A stretch of 63,326 nt of DNA, filler included, from Nemertoderma westbladi (GCA_032718475.1; 3 parts of 3 records of this genome joined end to end with filler, not necessarily neighbours in it); one strand, 5' to 3'; positions 36,857 through 47,364 are shown, counted from the whole stretch's first letter. The notes: generated by a model not told the origin, from the sequence alone. Numbers and translations are program-made.

Positions 36857-37907
36857 GAGTGTAAACGTTAAGCAGACACTGGTGCAGAGCAGACAGTGGT
36901 GCAGACAGTGATGCAGACTGTGGTGCAGACACCTGGTGCAGACAGTGGTGCACACACTGGTGCAGACAGTGGTGCAACAGTGGTGCAAACACTGGTGCAG
37001 ACACTGGTGCAGACACTGGTGAAGACAGTGGTGCAGACACCTGGTGCAGACAGTGGTGCAGACAGTGGTGCAGACAGTGGTGCAGGCACTCAGGCAGTGG
37101 CAGTGGTGCAGACCCGGGTGCAGACAGTGGTGCAGACACTGGTGCAGACAGCGGTGCAGACAGTGGTGCAGACAGTGGTGCAGACAGTGGTGCAGACAAT
37201 GGTGCAGACACTGGTGCAGACACTGGTGCAGACACTGGTGCAGACACTGGTGCAGACAGTGGTGCAGACACTGGTGCAGGCAGTGGAGCAGACAGTGGTG
37301 CAGGCACCTTTTGCAGACTGGTGCAGTCTGCACTTAATTATTTTCGTACACACCTCTTATAATTATTTGTAATCAGGGCACATTCACCCGCACGCACCTC
37401 GACATCCTCGACTACATACGTCCTCCCTACTTCATGTAGAACCTTTCAGTAGTTACTCGCATATTTGTAGATAATAAAGTCTATGATAAAATATAATATA
37501 ATAGTGCCTGGTGGTATTGTGTTTTGTGGTACTCTGGCTGTCTGGTATTTCAGTATTTTCTGATTTTCACCAGGTGTCTGCACCACTGTCTGGACTGTGT
37601 CTGTACCACTGTCTGCACCAGTGTCTGCAAGACTGTCTGCACCAGTGTCTGCACCACTGTCTGCACCACTGTCTGCACCACTGTCTCCACCAGTGTCTGC
37701 ACCACTGTCCGCACCAGGTGTCTGCACCAGTGTCTGCACCAGCACCACTGTCTGCACCACTGTCTGCAGTCTGCACCAGTGTCTGCACCACTGTCTGCAC
37801 GCTGCACCACTGTCTGCACCAGTGTCTGCACCACTGGCCGCACCAGGTGTCTGCACCACTATCTGCAGTCTGCACCACTGTCTGCTTAACGTTTACAGTT
37901 TACACCC
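36857..37907. mobile_element. Foldback/MULE-like element with inverted arms of 12-bp repeats (CASTGGTGCAGA)
   Basis: Ends GAGTGTAAAC.. / ..GTTTACACCC, 9-bp TSD TTAATTTTG (36848-36856 and 37908-37916). Arms at about 36857-37335 and 37565-37907 are inverted around a loop of about 230 bp. Confidence 0.85.
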
Positions 37908-38429
37908 TTAATTTTGGACTGAACTTCCATTTAAATGGCATTATTTTTTTAATTGTTTCCAGGTCTGCAGGTTACTTGGGTAGTGCATGCATACAGTAGT
38001 TTAGGTTAGTAATGTACAGTAATGTAAATATTGCCATTTTATTTTGTAGTATTTATTTTTTTAATTAATCATAGCTTTCTCGCTAAGTCCTCAGACCATA
38101 TAGGTGGTACCAGTCTGCCACTGCCAGTCAGCCAGTATAGTCCAGTAGTCTGATAGTGACGTAAATACGAATTTATGACAATAGCTTGCTAACTTTCTGA
38201 ACTTCGGTTCGGATTCGGTTCGGTTCGGCCCGAAGTTGGCCCTGCTTCGGTTCGGTTCGGTTCGGTCCCATAAAGTGCCTTCTGTTGAACCCTAGCAACA
38301 AATTAATGTAAGGTAAATTATAGTACAGTACAATGTTAGGGATAGCCCCATGAGGTTATACCTCGTTTCCATGGAGGTCCCTTTAAATTAAACGGAATTA
38401 AACAGGAATCACGTGCAGTTTAACATGCA

Positions 38430-39020
38430 ACTAAATAAAATATGGTAGACCATAGTACAGTACCTACGTAATTAAAAAAATATAACAGCAATTCGAAATA
38501 TGGAAAACACTAAAAAATTAAGTTATAGATATAGCAATATTTATGATGTTCCGACTGACACAAAGAAATAAAATATGGAAGACATAGTATATACATAATT
38601 TAAAAAAATAATAAAAAAAAATAAAATAAAAAATATAAGTTCTGGTGCAGATAGAAATATAACAGAGCAAATAATTAAAATCTGGTAGACCGTAGTTCAG
38701 TTAAAAATTTAAAAATATAACAGAAAGAATTTAAAAATAAAGCAGCAAATATGTCATAAAATCGAGTTATGTAAAACATAGGCAGTAAATATAGCAATAG
38801 TTATGAAGTACAGAGATACACACACAAGGAATAAAGTATGGTAGACCGTAATTTAAAAATAAAGCAGCTCGAATAGGTCGTAAAATCGAGATATGTAAAA
38901 CTTAGGTAAAAAGAAAATAAGAAAAAAAAAACAATAGTTATGACGTAATAAAACATTACGGATTAAAATATGGTAGACCGTAGTATGTAATTTAAAAAAA
39001 ATAAATGAAATAAAGCAGCA
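38430..39020. repeat. Degenerate tandem repeat (about 110-155 bp period) in the LINE 3' UTR
   Basis: AAATATGGTAGACCGTAG-like motif at about 38438, 38571, 38678, 38833 and 38966. Confidence 0.65.
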
Positions 39021-39117
39021 AATAGAGCAAATATATAATTACAACTGAAATTTAACGCAAAAAATAATTAAGAGTTATGTTAATCCCCCCCTCCCCAAGC
39101 CATAACTTGCAAATTTA

Positions 39118-42100
39118 TTAATTCCAAATCGAGTTATCCTTCATTGCCAGTTTGCCGAGTAAGTAATTCTTGACTTTGTGTTTGAACGTTTCCAGGGAGA
39201 CAGAGTTTCTTACATCCAATGGTAGCGAGTTCCATATTATCGGCCCTAGAAACGAGAAGCATTCACTTCCTGTTATAGTTCGTCGCAAGGGAACAACAGC
39301 GCGAGTACATCCATGTCTGAGATTAACCGATACAGAGTTGAACTGGACCAATGATGAGAGATACGAGGGAGATAGCGACTGTGTTATACGATACATATGA
39401 TTGGCTGTTAGCTGATCGATGCGAGATTCAATCGGAAGCCATGAGATTTCATTGTAATGCTCTTGACCAATGTGCGTTCTACTTCCGAGACCTAGACAAA
39501 AACGAATACATTTTCTTTGCAGTGCTTGTAGTTGCAGCTGTAGCCGTTTAGAAGCACTTGGATACCAACAGGAGGAAACGAAATCCAAGTGGGGTTGTAT
39601 GAGAGCGTTACATAGAAGACGACGTGTATAGCCGTCTAAAACTGCCCCATGTCTGTAAATAAATTTCAGTGTCTTGTTCCCCTTTGTAATCACATGCGAT
39701 GCCATGGTATCTCCAGAAAGGTCAGCGTCTAAATAACAACCCAAGTATTTAATAGATTTTTGCTGTTCTATGTGGATCCCATTACAAAATACTTTCAATT
39801 CACAGTTGTCGACTAGACGTTGATGTGTCCCAAATAAAATTGATTTAGTCTTGTCAAAGTTCAAACTCAGTCTGTTGTCGGTCGCCCAGTCGAATATGTT
39901 GCTTAGTGTCTTTGACAGCGTATCAGATATTGTAGCCACATTATCACCAGAAGTCAATATATTCGAGTCGTCTGCCAGCTTCAGAGATATACAAGATGGT
40001 AAGACCTGTAGATTAGTATTACTACTACTAGTTGCTTCAACTTCTTTTGCGGGACTCTCTATGGCCATATCAAGATCGTTAACATATATTAAGAATAGCA
40101 GGATAGACAGCAATCCTCCCTGCGGGACGCCTCTCTTTATCAAGGCTCTGATTGAAGACAGTGTACCATTGACATATACCATTTGGCTGCGTTCACTTAG
40201 ATACGATTTAAACCATCCAACAGTGGCTGTAGAAAATCCAATTGCTCGGAGTTTGAATAAGAGCAGATCGTGATCGACAGTGTCAAATGCCTTGCGCAGA
40301 TCTATAAATACAACGCCAGTCATTTTCCCCCCATCTACAGATTCTTTGACATAATTATTTAGATACATCAGACAAGTTTCAACTGAGAATCCTTTTCTGA
40401 ATCCGGATTGCAAAGGGTCCAATATGTTGTAGAGTACTAAATAATGAAATATCTGATCAAAAATTGGCTGATCGAAGACTTTCGATAGAATAGGAAGGAC
40501 AGATACTGGCCTGTAGTTGCTCCGTTCTAACCTCACTTCTTTCTTATAAGCAGGCGCGACTTTAGCCAATTTAAAATTAGACGGATAGGTGGAGGTTGCT
40601 ATCGATCGGTTAATTAGATGAGTTAGTGGTTCAGCAATTTCATCGGCAATATCCCTAATAAATGATGGAGTTAGTTCATCAATGCCTGCACTTTTATCTG
40701 TCTTTATGTTCTTCAACACTTTTAGGACAGTCTCCACTTCCACCATCTCCAGGCAAAAGTTATTATTATGGAAACCTTTATCTCTGTAGTACCTTGCAGT
40801 TGCGGTAGTATTGTACTCCCCTTTAGCAGGGGGGAGTTTGTTCACAAGATTATCGGCAATGGTAGTAAAGAACTCATTGAATTTTTCAGCAATTTGACGA
40901 CTGTCAGTAACCAGATCGTTGCCTATTCTTAGAGATTTGATTGTATTGGAGTCTGTCCGTTTCATTGGTGCACCAAGCAACTTTAGCTCTTTCCACAATT
41001 TTTTAGAATTATTTCTATATGTTGATAGTTTATCCTTAACATATGCAGCTTTAGCCATCTTAATCACATTTGTATTGAGATTGAGAAGGTCTTTGTAATG
41101 CTGTTCATTAGCAGTGGTACGGTTCTTATGAAAGTGCTTTAGGGCATTATTTTTCTCAGATATAGAATGAAGAATATTAGAATTAATCCATGGTTGAGAT
41201 CCAGCACGAATTCTAACTGAGCGTTTTGGGGCAGCTTCATCTAATATCTGGTAGAGTTCCTTTGTTAATTCGGTAGATATAAGATCCACTTTAGTTTCAA
41301 GTAATAACGATTTGATTCGGGGATTAACATTAACTTTAGATGCTACCATTTCTTTGGAGTAGGACTTAAAAGAGCGACATGTGCGTAATGTATGGCAGGA
41401 TTTCTTTGCCTTAGGTCGTTTTCTTGTCACGTACACCATGCCATGATCACTGAGACCCAAGTTTACCACACCATGGCTACATAAAAATTGCCTACTAGAC
41501 ACAAATATGTGATCCAGTGTAGTCGCTGTATTTACTGTAATTCTTGTTGGTTCTTTAATGAGTTGTTCTAATCCAGTGGAACAGCAAAATGAGTATAGAT
41601 AGTGCAAAGGGGTCATGATAGCAGGGACAGTGTTACATTTAGGAGGTTTGGATGAAAGCTGTTTGTTAGTCAGGGTAGTGTCAGAGTTTGTGTCTCCCAG
41701 AACATATACTTCCTTAAAGCCACTAATATCGCCGATGGCAGTCTCTACAGCTGTAAAGAATGTGTTGGCTTGTGCAGCGCGTGGATTGTAGACAGACCCA
41801 ATCAGAATTGGTTTGGTGTGAGGAAGGTGTATTGTGCAGAATATTCCTTCTTCAATGCCCAGTTTTGTATTCATCTCTGCGCAAAGGGAGTAGTCCAATT
41901 TCGTAGAAATGTAGAGTGCAACACCACCACCATTTCGATTACGATCCTTCCTTTCAATGTTATACCCAGGTAGAGAAACTTCACCATCACTAATACTCTG
42001 GTCTAACCATGTCTCTGATAATGTAAGAACATCAATGAGTGTATTGTGCAGAATAATTTTAAGTTCAGATAGTTTTGGAATTAAGCTTTGAATGTTTTGG

Positions 42101-42267
42101 TGCGATATATGTAGCCCTGATTTCGCAAATATTTTATTTACAGTGACCACTGGATCAGCATTCAGGTTTATGGCGCCACTGTTGCAGATATCCACAACTG
42201 GAGTCACAGTTTGGGTTGACTCAACCAGAAACACTTTGGATGAGGTAGATAGCGGATAAACAGATAG
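39118..42267 (-). CDS. LINE ORF2: apurinic endonuclease + reverse transcriptase (no AUG start; open from the ORF1 stop)
   Basis: APE motifs HQNIQSL, SETWL, DR..GGGVALY, GDTN, LDHIF, SDH. RT motifs YRPVSVL, QSGFRKG, FIDLRKAFDTVDH, GVPQGG, LADD, KYLG. Uninterrupted for more than 1030 aa. Confidence 0.95.
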   Translation of the reverse strand, partial: LSVYPLSTSSKVFLVESTQTVTPVVDICNSGAINLNADPVVTVNKIFAKSGLHISHQNIQSLIPKLSELKIILHNTLIDVLTLSETWLDQSISDGEVSLPGYNIERKDRNRNGGGVALYISTKLDYSLCAEMNTKLGIEEGIFCTIHLPHTKPILIGSVYNPRAAQANTFFTAVETAIGDISGFKEVYVLGDTNSDTTLTNKQLSSKPPKCNTVPAIMTPLHYLYSFCCSTGLEQLIKEPTRITVNTATTLDHIFVSSRQFLCSHGVVNLGLSDHGMVYVTRKRPKAKKSCHTLRTCRSFKSYSKEMVASKVNVNPRIKSLLLETKVDLISTELTKELYQILDEAAPKRSVRIRAGSQPWINSNILHSISEKNNALKHFHKNRTTANEQHYKDLLNLNTNVIKMAKAAYVKDKLSTYRNNSKKLWKELKLLGAPMKRTDSNTIKSLRIGNDLVTDSRQIAEKFNEFFTTIADNLVNKLPPAKGEYNTTATARYYRDKGFHNNNFCLEMVEVETVLKVLKNIKTDKSAGIDELTPSFIRDIADEIAEPLTHLINRSIATSTYPSNFKLAKVAPAYKKEVRLERSNYRPVSVLPILSKVFDQPIFDQIFHYLVLYNILDPLQSGFRKGFSVETCLMYLNNYVKESVDGGKMTGVVFIDLRKAFDTVDHDLLLFKLRAIGFSTATVGWFKSYLSERSQMVYVNGTLSSIRALIKRGVPQGGLLSILLFLIYVNDLDMAIESPAKEVEATSSSNTNLQVLPSCISLKLADDSNILTSGDNVATISDTLSKTLSNIFDWATDNRLSLNFDKTKSILFGTHQRLVDNCELKVFCNGIHIEQQKSIKYLGCYLDADLSGDTMASHVITKGNKTLKFIYRHGAVLDGYTRRLLCNALIQPHLDFVSSCWYPSASKRLQLQLQALQRKCIRFCLGLGSRTHIGQEHYNEISWLPIESRIDQLTANHMYRITQSLSPSYLSSLVQFNSVSVNLRHGCTRAVVPLRRTITGSECFSFLGPIIWNSLPLDVRNSVSLETFKHKVKNYLLGKLAMKDNSIWN

Positions 42268-43287
42268 TCAATCAACCTGCTCCACAGATGGAGGCATGTT
42301 ACTAGTCGAAGTAGTACTGGTACTCCTTTTTTCTCTAATGCTGCGTCTTCTCTGACGAGCAATATAATCTGCCTCTCTTTCAGCTTTCGAACTATCCTTG
42401 TCGAAATAGAACTTTGTTCCACCAACGGTAAAATACCTACGTGAGATAACTTTACTGGCTACTTCAGGAGAGTTGAAAGAAATGAGCAATGGTCGGGCTG
42501 ATTTGTCCTCACGTGGTTTCCCCAGCCTTTGGATACCACGATATGGTAATTGTTCTTCTAGAGAGTCCTGTAAAAACTTACTATCATGGGCACGTTGATG
42601 GTTGCCATGGTTGGGAGCGATACCTGTACCCTCAGGGATTCCACGAATTACCACATTGCATTTACGCAGCTCATTCAGTCTTATAGCTCTCTCAATAGAA
42701 TCAGGATCAATAGGGATCGGTGTGTTTGGACTAGAGGTTTGTTGCTGTTGCTGCACATCCAATGTTTTGTGGAGGTCATCAAGCTTTTTCGAATTTCGGC
42801 GAACTACTTCAACCCATGAGGAAGCTGCCTCACTCTCTAGTGTTTCCGAGTCTTCAATAGCCGTTGCAGTTGTTAATGATTCCATGACTGTCAGTTTTGT
42901 TTGTAGATCAGCCTGTGTTACCTCAACATTTTCCAAGCGTATTTCAATATCGCACCGTAACGCTGATAAATCACTCCCCATAATAAGTTTATCCTCACCA
43001 TCTAGGCCTTTATTGACCGTATTTTTCACTGCATCTAGCTCCTGCTGTAGCTGGAGATTTTCGTCCTCTAAATTCAACATGCGTAAGGCTGAACAGAAGC
43101 CACAGGCAAATTGTTTTTTCCCAAATGTTTTTTTCCTTGTCATTTCTTCTGGGACTTGTATTTCAGTCCAAATTGTTGTGCATAGTGTGCACTCCACACT
43201 TGTCTGTACAAATTTGCTTTGAGTCGTTAACTTCTTGTTTGTGCTACTTCCCGAGATAGAAGAGCGTCTCTGACTCCCCCCATTCAT
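42268..43287 (-). CDS. LINE ORF1 (Cys-pair zinc-binding motif, coiled coil, RRM-like domain)
   Basis: CTLC...CGFC, heptad region, RKCNVVIRGIPE...QRLGK...RPLLISF typical of CR1/L2 ORF1. Lies immediately upstream of ORF2. Confidence 0.85.
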   Translation of the reverse strand: MNGGSQRRSSISGSSTNKKLTTQSKFVQTSVECTLCTTIWTEIQVPEEMTRKKTFGKKQFACGFCSALRMLNLEDENLQLQQELDAVKNTVNKGLDGEDKLIMGSDLSALRCDIEIRLENVEVTQADLQTKLTVMESLTTATAIEDSETLESEAASSWVEVVRRNSKKLDDLHKTLDVQQQQQTSSPNTPIPIDPDSIERAIRLNELRKCNVVIRGIPEGTGIAPNHGNHQRAHDSKFLQDSLEEQLPYRGIQRLGKPREDKSARPLLISFNSPEVASKVISRRYFTVGGTKFYFDKDSSKAEREADYIARQRRRSIREKRSTSTTSTSNMPPSVEQVD

Positions 43288-44071
43288 TCTTGTAGTTGTC
43301 AGGTGTCAGGATGTTAGTTAACAAAGTAGTCTGCGATTAAAATAAAGCCAACCAGCCAACTACATATATTGCAGTATTTCAATCATATAATATAAAGTCA
43401 AATCAAATATAATTATTTAAAATTAGAGTATATAATTATACCGGTATTTCTGAAGGATGTCGGATGATGCTGTACTGCTATACAGTACTGTACTAACTAA
43501 GCACTCTGCTTAGCCTGTCTGCCTGTCACTAGCCTAGTGCTAGTATTAGTATACCTCTCTGCCTCTACATACCGTACATCTATAGATCTACTGGCAGACT
43601 GGGTTGACTGGTTGATGATATCAACTCAACAGATCAACCATTCTTACATTGCATAGTTCAGTAGTTGTTCTGTTGTTAGGTTTAATACTGTAATAGGCCT
43701 ATCTAATAAAACTACCAGACAAATAAATGTACTCGTTTATGAGTAAAAACAAAGTCAGAGAGTGCAGAAGTTGGCTTACTAAATGTAGCTGTGCAGCTGC
43801 ATAGTGGACTAACTGCAACATGCCAGGTCATAGTGTAATACAGTCTGACAGTGGTACCGGTACCTATCTGTCTGTCTGCCTGTAGGTCATACAGTCATAC
43901 GGTACCACAGTACCAGGCCTCAATATATTTTTTTTATTTTACTTACCCGGTCCGGCTCCGGTTCCGGCTCCGGTTCTTTTGGAATTTACCCGGTCCGGTT
44001 CCGGCTCCGGCAAAAATCTGGCTCCGGTCTAACGCTACCCACAATCCGTTAAAGAAAAAAAGTATAACTTG

Positions 44072-44117
44072 CTGTATCAAGTCACCTCAATGTATCAAGT
44101 CACCCCGAATTACGGTA
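44072..44117. mobile_element. Orphan pogo/Tigger-like terminal repeat
   Basis: TGTATCAAGTCACC twice, ending CCCCGAATTACGG-TA. Partner end not found. Confidence 0.45.
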
Positions 44118-44241
44118 CGTCATTAGTCGTACCTTGTTACCTATGTCTGTATGTCCGGTACCGGTACCGTAGGCTACCTGTTACTGTATCAAATTGAATT
44201 TGAAGGCTGACTGACAAGGGGAACCATAAAATCTGTGAATA

Positions 44242-45372
44242 ATGGATACTAGCAGCAGTTCCGAAGACGGCAACCCGACCGCTGTCGTTCAAAACCTTCC
44301 CTACGATGAATCGTTAGAGGTACCCGACGCAGAGGAAGTTGCGAGCGTGTACACCCCGACACCGCGAGGTGGGGGAATGGAACCTATCCGACCCTACCCG
44401 GCAAGGCCCGCAGCGGCGATGGGTAACCGACCCAACGATACGACGTCCGCCCTCAACGACGACGACTCCGACAACAACGGCGGGAGCGATTCGCTCGAAG
44501 TGAAACCGATCGCGGGGCGACCGGACTGGGGCAAACCGCAGCGACCCCGTGGGTTTACAGACGGGACGAAAACTAGCAGTTCGTTCGACGAGGACGACGA
44601 CGACAGCGACGCATCAAACGAGATCGCCACGCACGGAGCTTATGATCCCTCCGACTTCGCTAAACTCGCCGTCAGCGCGGACGTCCGGGAATTATTCGAG
44701 TTTATCACGCGATACACCCCGCAGTCGATGGAGTTGGACCACCGACTGCGGCCCTTCATCCCGGATTACCTCCCCGCCGTCGGCGATATCGACGCGTTCA
44801 TTAAGGTCCCGCGTCCGGACGCGGATCGCTCCGCGGACGAGACGACGCTCGGACTGCGAACCGTCGACGAGCCCTGCGCGAAACAGTCGGACCCGACGGT
44901 CCTCGACCTGCAGTTTCGATCCGTTACTAAGTCCGCGGTTTCCACCGACGCCAAAGTCCGCAGCGTCGGTGAATCCTCGAGGGACAAGGAGATCGGTAGT
45001 TGGGTCGCCTCGATGGAGCAGCTGCATCGCTCGCAACCCCCTCCTCGAGTCCAGTACCCCAGACCTATGCCGGATTTAGACTCCCTCATGCAGGAATGGC
45101 CCGAGGAGTTGGAATCCATGTTGCAACACGCCAATCTCCCATCCGCAGACCTACAAGGGAGCCTCGCCAACTACGTGGACATTATCTGCGCTCTCCTAGA
45201 CGTTCCGGTCTATAAGAACCGCCTGCACTCGCTACACGTTGTTTTCTCGCTTTACTCCGAGTTTAAGAATTCCCAGCATTTTAAATTGGCGGCCCAAACC
45301 ACTCCCCCGCAGTCCGGTAAGCCTGAAGCCAATGCGACTGGGGGTGGGGACGCAGACACATTCGGCCTCTGA
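44242..45372 (+). CDS. IFT46: Intraflagellar transport protein 46 (IFT-B); single coding exon
   Basis: Acidic N-terminus (NLPYDESLEV) and conserved core GAYDPSDF..ELFEFITRYTPQ..LRPFIPDYLPAVGDIDAFIKVPRPD..LGL..DEPCAKQSDPTVLDL..MPDLDSLMQEWP..SLHVVFSLYSEFKNSQHF. Confidence 0.95.
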   Translation: MDTSSSSEDGNPTAVVQNLPYDESLEVPDAEEVASVYTPTPRGGGMEPIRPYPARPAAAMGNRPNDTTSALNDDDSDNNGGSDSLEVKPIAGRPDWGKPQRPRGFTDGTKTSSSFDEDDDDSDASNEIATHGAYDPSDFAKLAVSADVRELFEFITRYTPQSMELDHRLRPFIPDYLPAVGDIDAFIKVPRPDADRSADETTLGLRTVDEPCAKQSDPTVLDLQFRSVTKSAVSTDAKVRSVGESSRDKEIGSWVASMEQLHRSQPPPRVQYPRPMPDLDSLMQEWPEELESMLQHANLPSADLQGSLANYVDIICALLDVPVYKNRLHSLHVVFSLYSEFKNSQHFKLAAQTTPPQSGKPEANATGGGDADTFGL

Positions 45373-46044
45373 TTGTTGCTGTTGATAATTTTATTTAATA
45401 TTTTATTTTTATTCCATTCTGCGGTCATTGTTTAGTGTAGGGCTGCGTTGAGTTGTCCTAATGCCGTAGTTTTGCTCAATTTGAGATACCGGTAATTAAA
45501 TTTGGCGGGTATGACAGCTAAATCGGTGTTATTCGAGAGTAATTGATATGGAACAGCAGGATCGGTTTCTAAACTGATTAGCGTTTCAATTTGTAAATTC
45601 TCGGTAACTAAATTAATCGTTTAAAATATACCTGAGTGCAAATATATACGCAAAATCATTATTGACGCAAATTAAAATCAAGCTTCAATCAAATCCACAT
45701 TAATATATAAATGCGAAATAAAATTGCGTCTAAATAAGTTTATGTTTATTCGCTCTTGAATTTAGAAATTAGTGAAATTCTCGAAACCCTCGAAATTAGT
45801 GAAATTATCGTCTGTGATTGTTTTGACGCCTCGGTCGCCTCAGTAAGCAGCGCTAGGCAGCGATGTGGGTACCGGTAATACATTCTGTAACCTAAAATTG
45901 CAATTTACAAATTGTGTTCAGTGTTAATCACTTTGCACATTTTTGCCTTTATCAAATTCCAACGTTAATCTATTTGAACTGCCTCATTCGGTCGATATAC
46001 TGTATGTATGTATACCGGTAGTGTATCTGTCTGTGTCTGTTAAT

Positions 46045-47364
46045 TAAGGATGTGCCGGATTCACCATTTTAAACCGGCCAGGCCGGATTTGTAAAAAAAA
46101 TCCGACCGGAGTTCCGGACACACCCGGAATTTTTTTATATATCACCACATTTTTCCTGAATCAGCTATGGTACCTGTATGCATGAAACGGGAGTGAGGGT
46201 AACGCGTCATACATGGTCCTTTGGGCGTTAGGTCCTGCATCGACAAATGTGTCAGGGACTCAGGGCATATAGAAACCAGACAATTCCGGGCAGAATTCAT
46301 TTTGAGAAAATGGATAATGAAGTTAAAAAAGAATCTTTTCAAAAAAAAATTTTTCAAAATATATTCATTAGGTGTTTAATCTTCATTGAACATAAAAGTT
46401 TTGAAAAATTGTATTTTTTGTCGGACTGTCTGTCTGTCAGTCTGTCAAAAATGTAAGGAAGTTTTCTAACTGACTAAAATTTTCGTTATGGGAGTATTTG
46501 TGGGAGGTGATTTCACTTCCGATGTCAGTTTTTAAGTTTTATGGATTTAAGACTGTTTGTATGTCTGTCGGATAGACAGACAGACCGACATACAGACAGA
46601 CACACATTCAGTCTAGATCACTTCAAGCATGAAAACTGACATCGATATGAAATCTCCGACCAGAAATACCCCTACAACAAAATTTTAGTTAGCTAGTATG
46701 CTTTTATATTTTTGACAGACAGGCAGATGAACAGAGAGAGTGTTAGATTTACTTCTATTTAAAGTATTTTTTAAAGCCGAGCATTTAAATCAATATTAAA
46801 AAATTGCTATTATAAATTTTCCTTTTATTAACTTTCACTATTTCTTTCGTAACTTTTGAACTGTGGGTCGCAATGACATGTGGGTGGGTGCATTAGAAAG
46901 CTAATTAAAATTCTTATGCAATGCTTCTTATGCAATGCAGTACATAACTCCAAAATTATTTTTTCTCGGAATTGTCTGGCAGTCTGGTTTCTTTATGCAC
47001 TGACACAAATACGGGACCTACGGCGCAGGAGGCTGGACACACACCGGTATGATCGCATTCACAGGACGAAATATTCATATTCTATTATTATATTCATAGT
47101 ATGAAATATGAATGAATATGATGATACACACTATGAAAAAAATTGTATTGTATTCCATTGTATTTGCTTAATCAATGTTTAATTTTTTTTTAATTTAAAA
47201 GAATTTATTTTGATGTTTTATTTTTAATTTATATTAATTGTAAATTTTGTCAACAATTCGTTGAAATGGAAATCCGGCCAAAAAATTTAAATTCGGCCGG
47301 AGTCGGATTTTTTTCTCAACATCTGTCCGGAATTCCGGCTCGGCCGGATACCCGGCCACCCCTA
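46045..47364. mobile_element. Degenerate hAT-like element with CCGG-rich ends
   Basis: TAAGGATGTGCCGGAT.. and ..CCCGGCCACCCCTA with CCGG subterminal repeats. No matching TSD. Confidence 0.45.

Larger units (their letters stand above)
35221..38294. mobile_element. Non-autonomous hAT-type element nested in the LINE 3' UTR
   Basis: TIRs TAGGGCTCAACAGAAG / CTTCTGTTGAACCCTA, (TTCGG)n subterminal repeats, 8-bp TSD GCAACAAA at 35213-35220 and 38295-38302. Confidence 0.9.
35046..43500 (-). mobile_element. Apparently full-length CR1/L2-group LINE; 3' UTR interrupted by a hAT element; 5' end approximate
   Basis: ORF1 + ORF2 on the minus strand, 3' UTR hairpin at 38338-38382, and AATAAA followed by an (AACTTC)3 tail at 35046-35071 on the far side of the 35221-38294 insertion. 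Confidence 0.8.
34731..44037. mobile_element. Non-autonomous hAT-type element (outer shell of the nest)
   Basis: TIRs TAGTGTTAGACCGGAGC / GCTCCGGTCTAACGCTA, (CCGGNT)n subterminal repeats, 8-bp TSD CCCACAAT at 34723-34730 and 44038-44045. Confidence 0.9.

Noticed and set aside
36798-37999. Cys/His-rich metallothionein-like ORFs (CLHH/CRQW repeats)
   Set aside because: 12-bp repeat arms of a foldback element, open in nearly all frames.
42268-42270. Selenocysteine recoding of the LINE UGA
   Set aside because: It lies in a low-complexity interdomain linker, not at a Cys-equivalent position, and I could not identify a SECIS. Simple readthrough or a true stop is more parsimonious.
44130-44150. 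RFX X-box upstream of IFT46 (GTTACCTATGTC)
   Set aside because: Only a half-site match; not enough to call.
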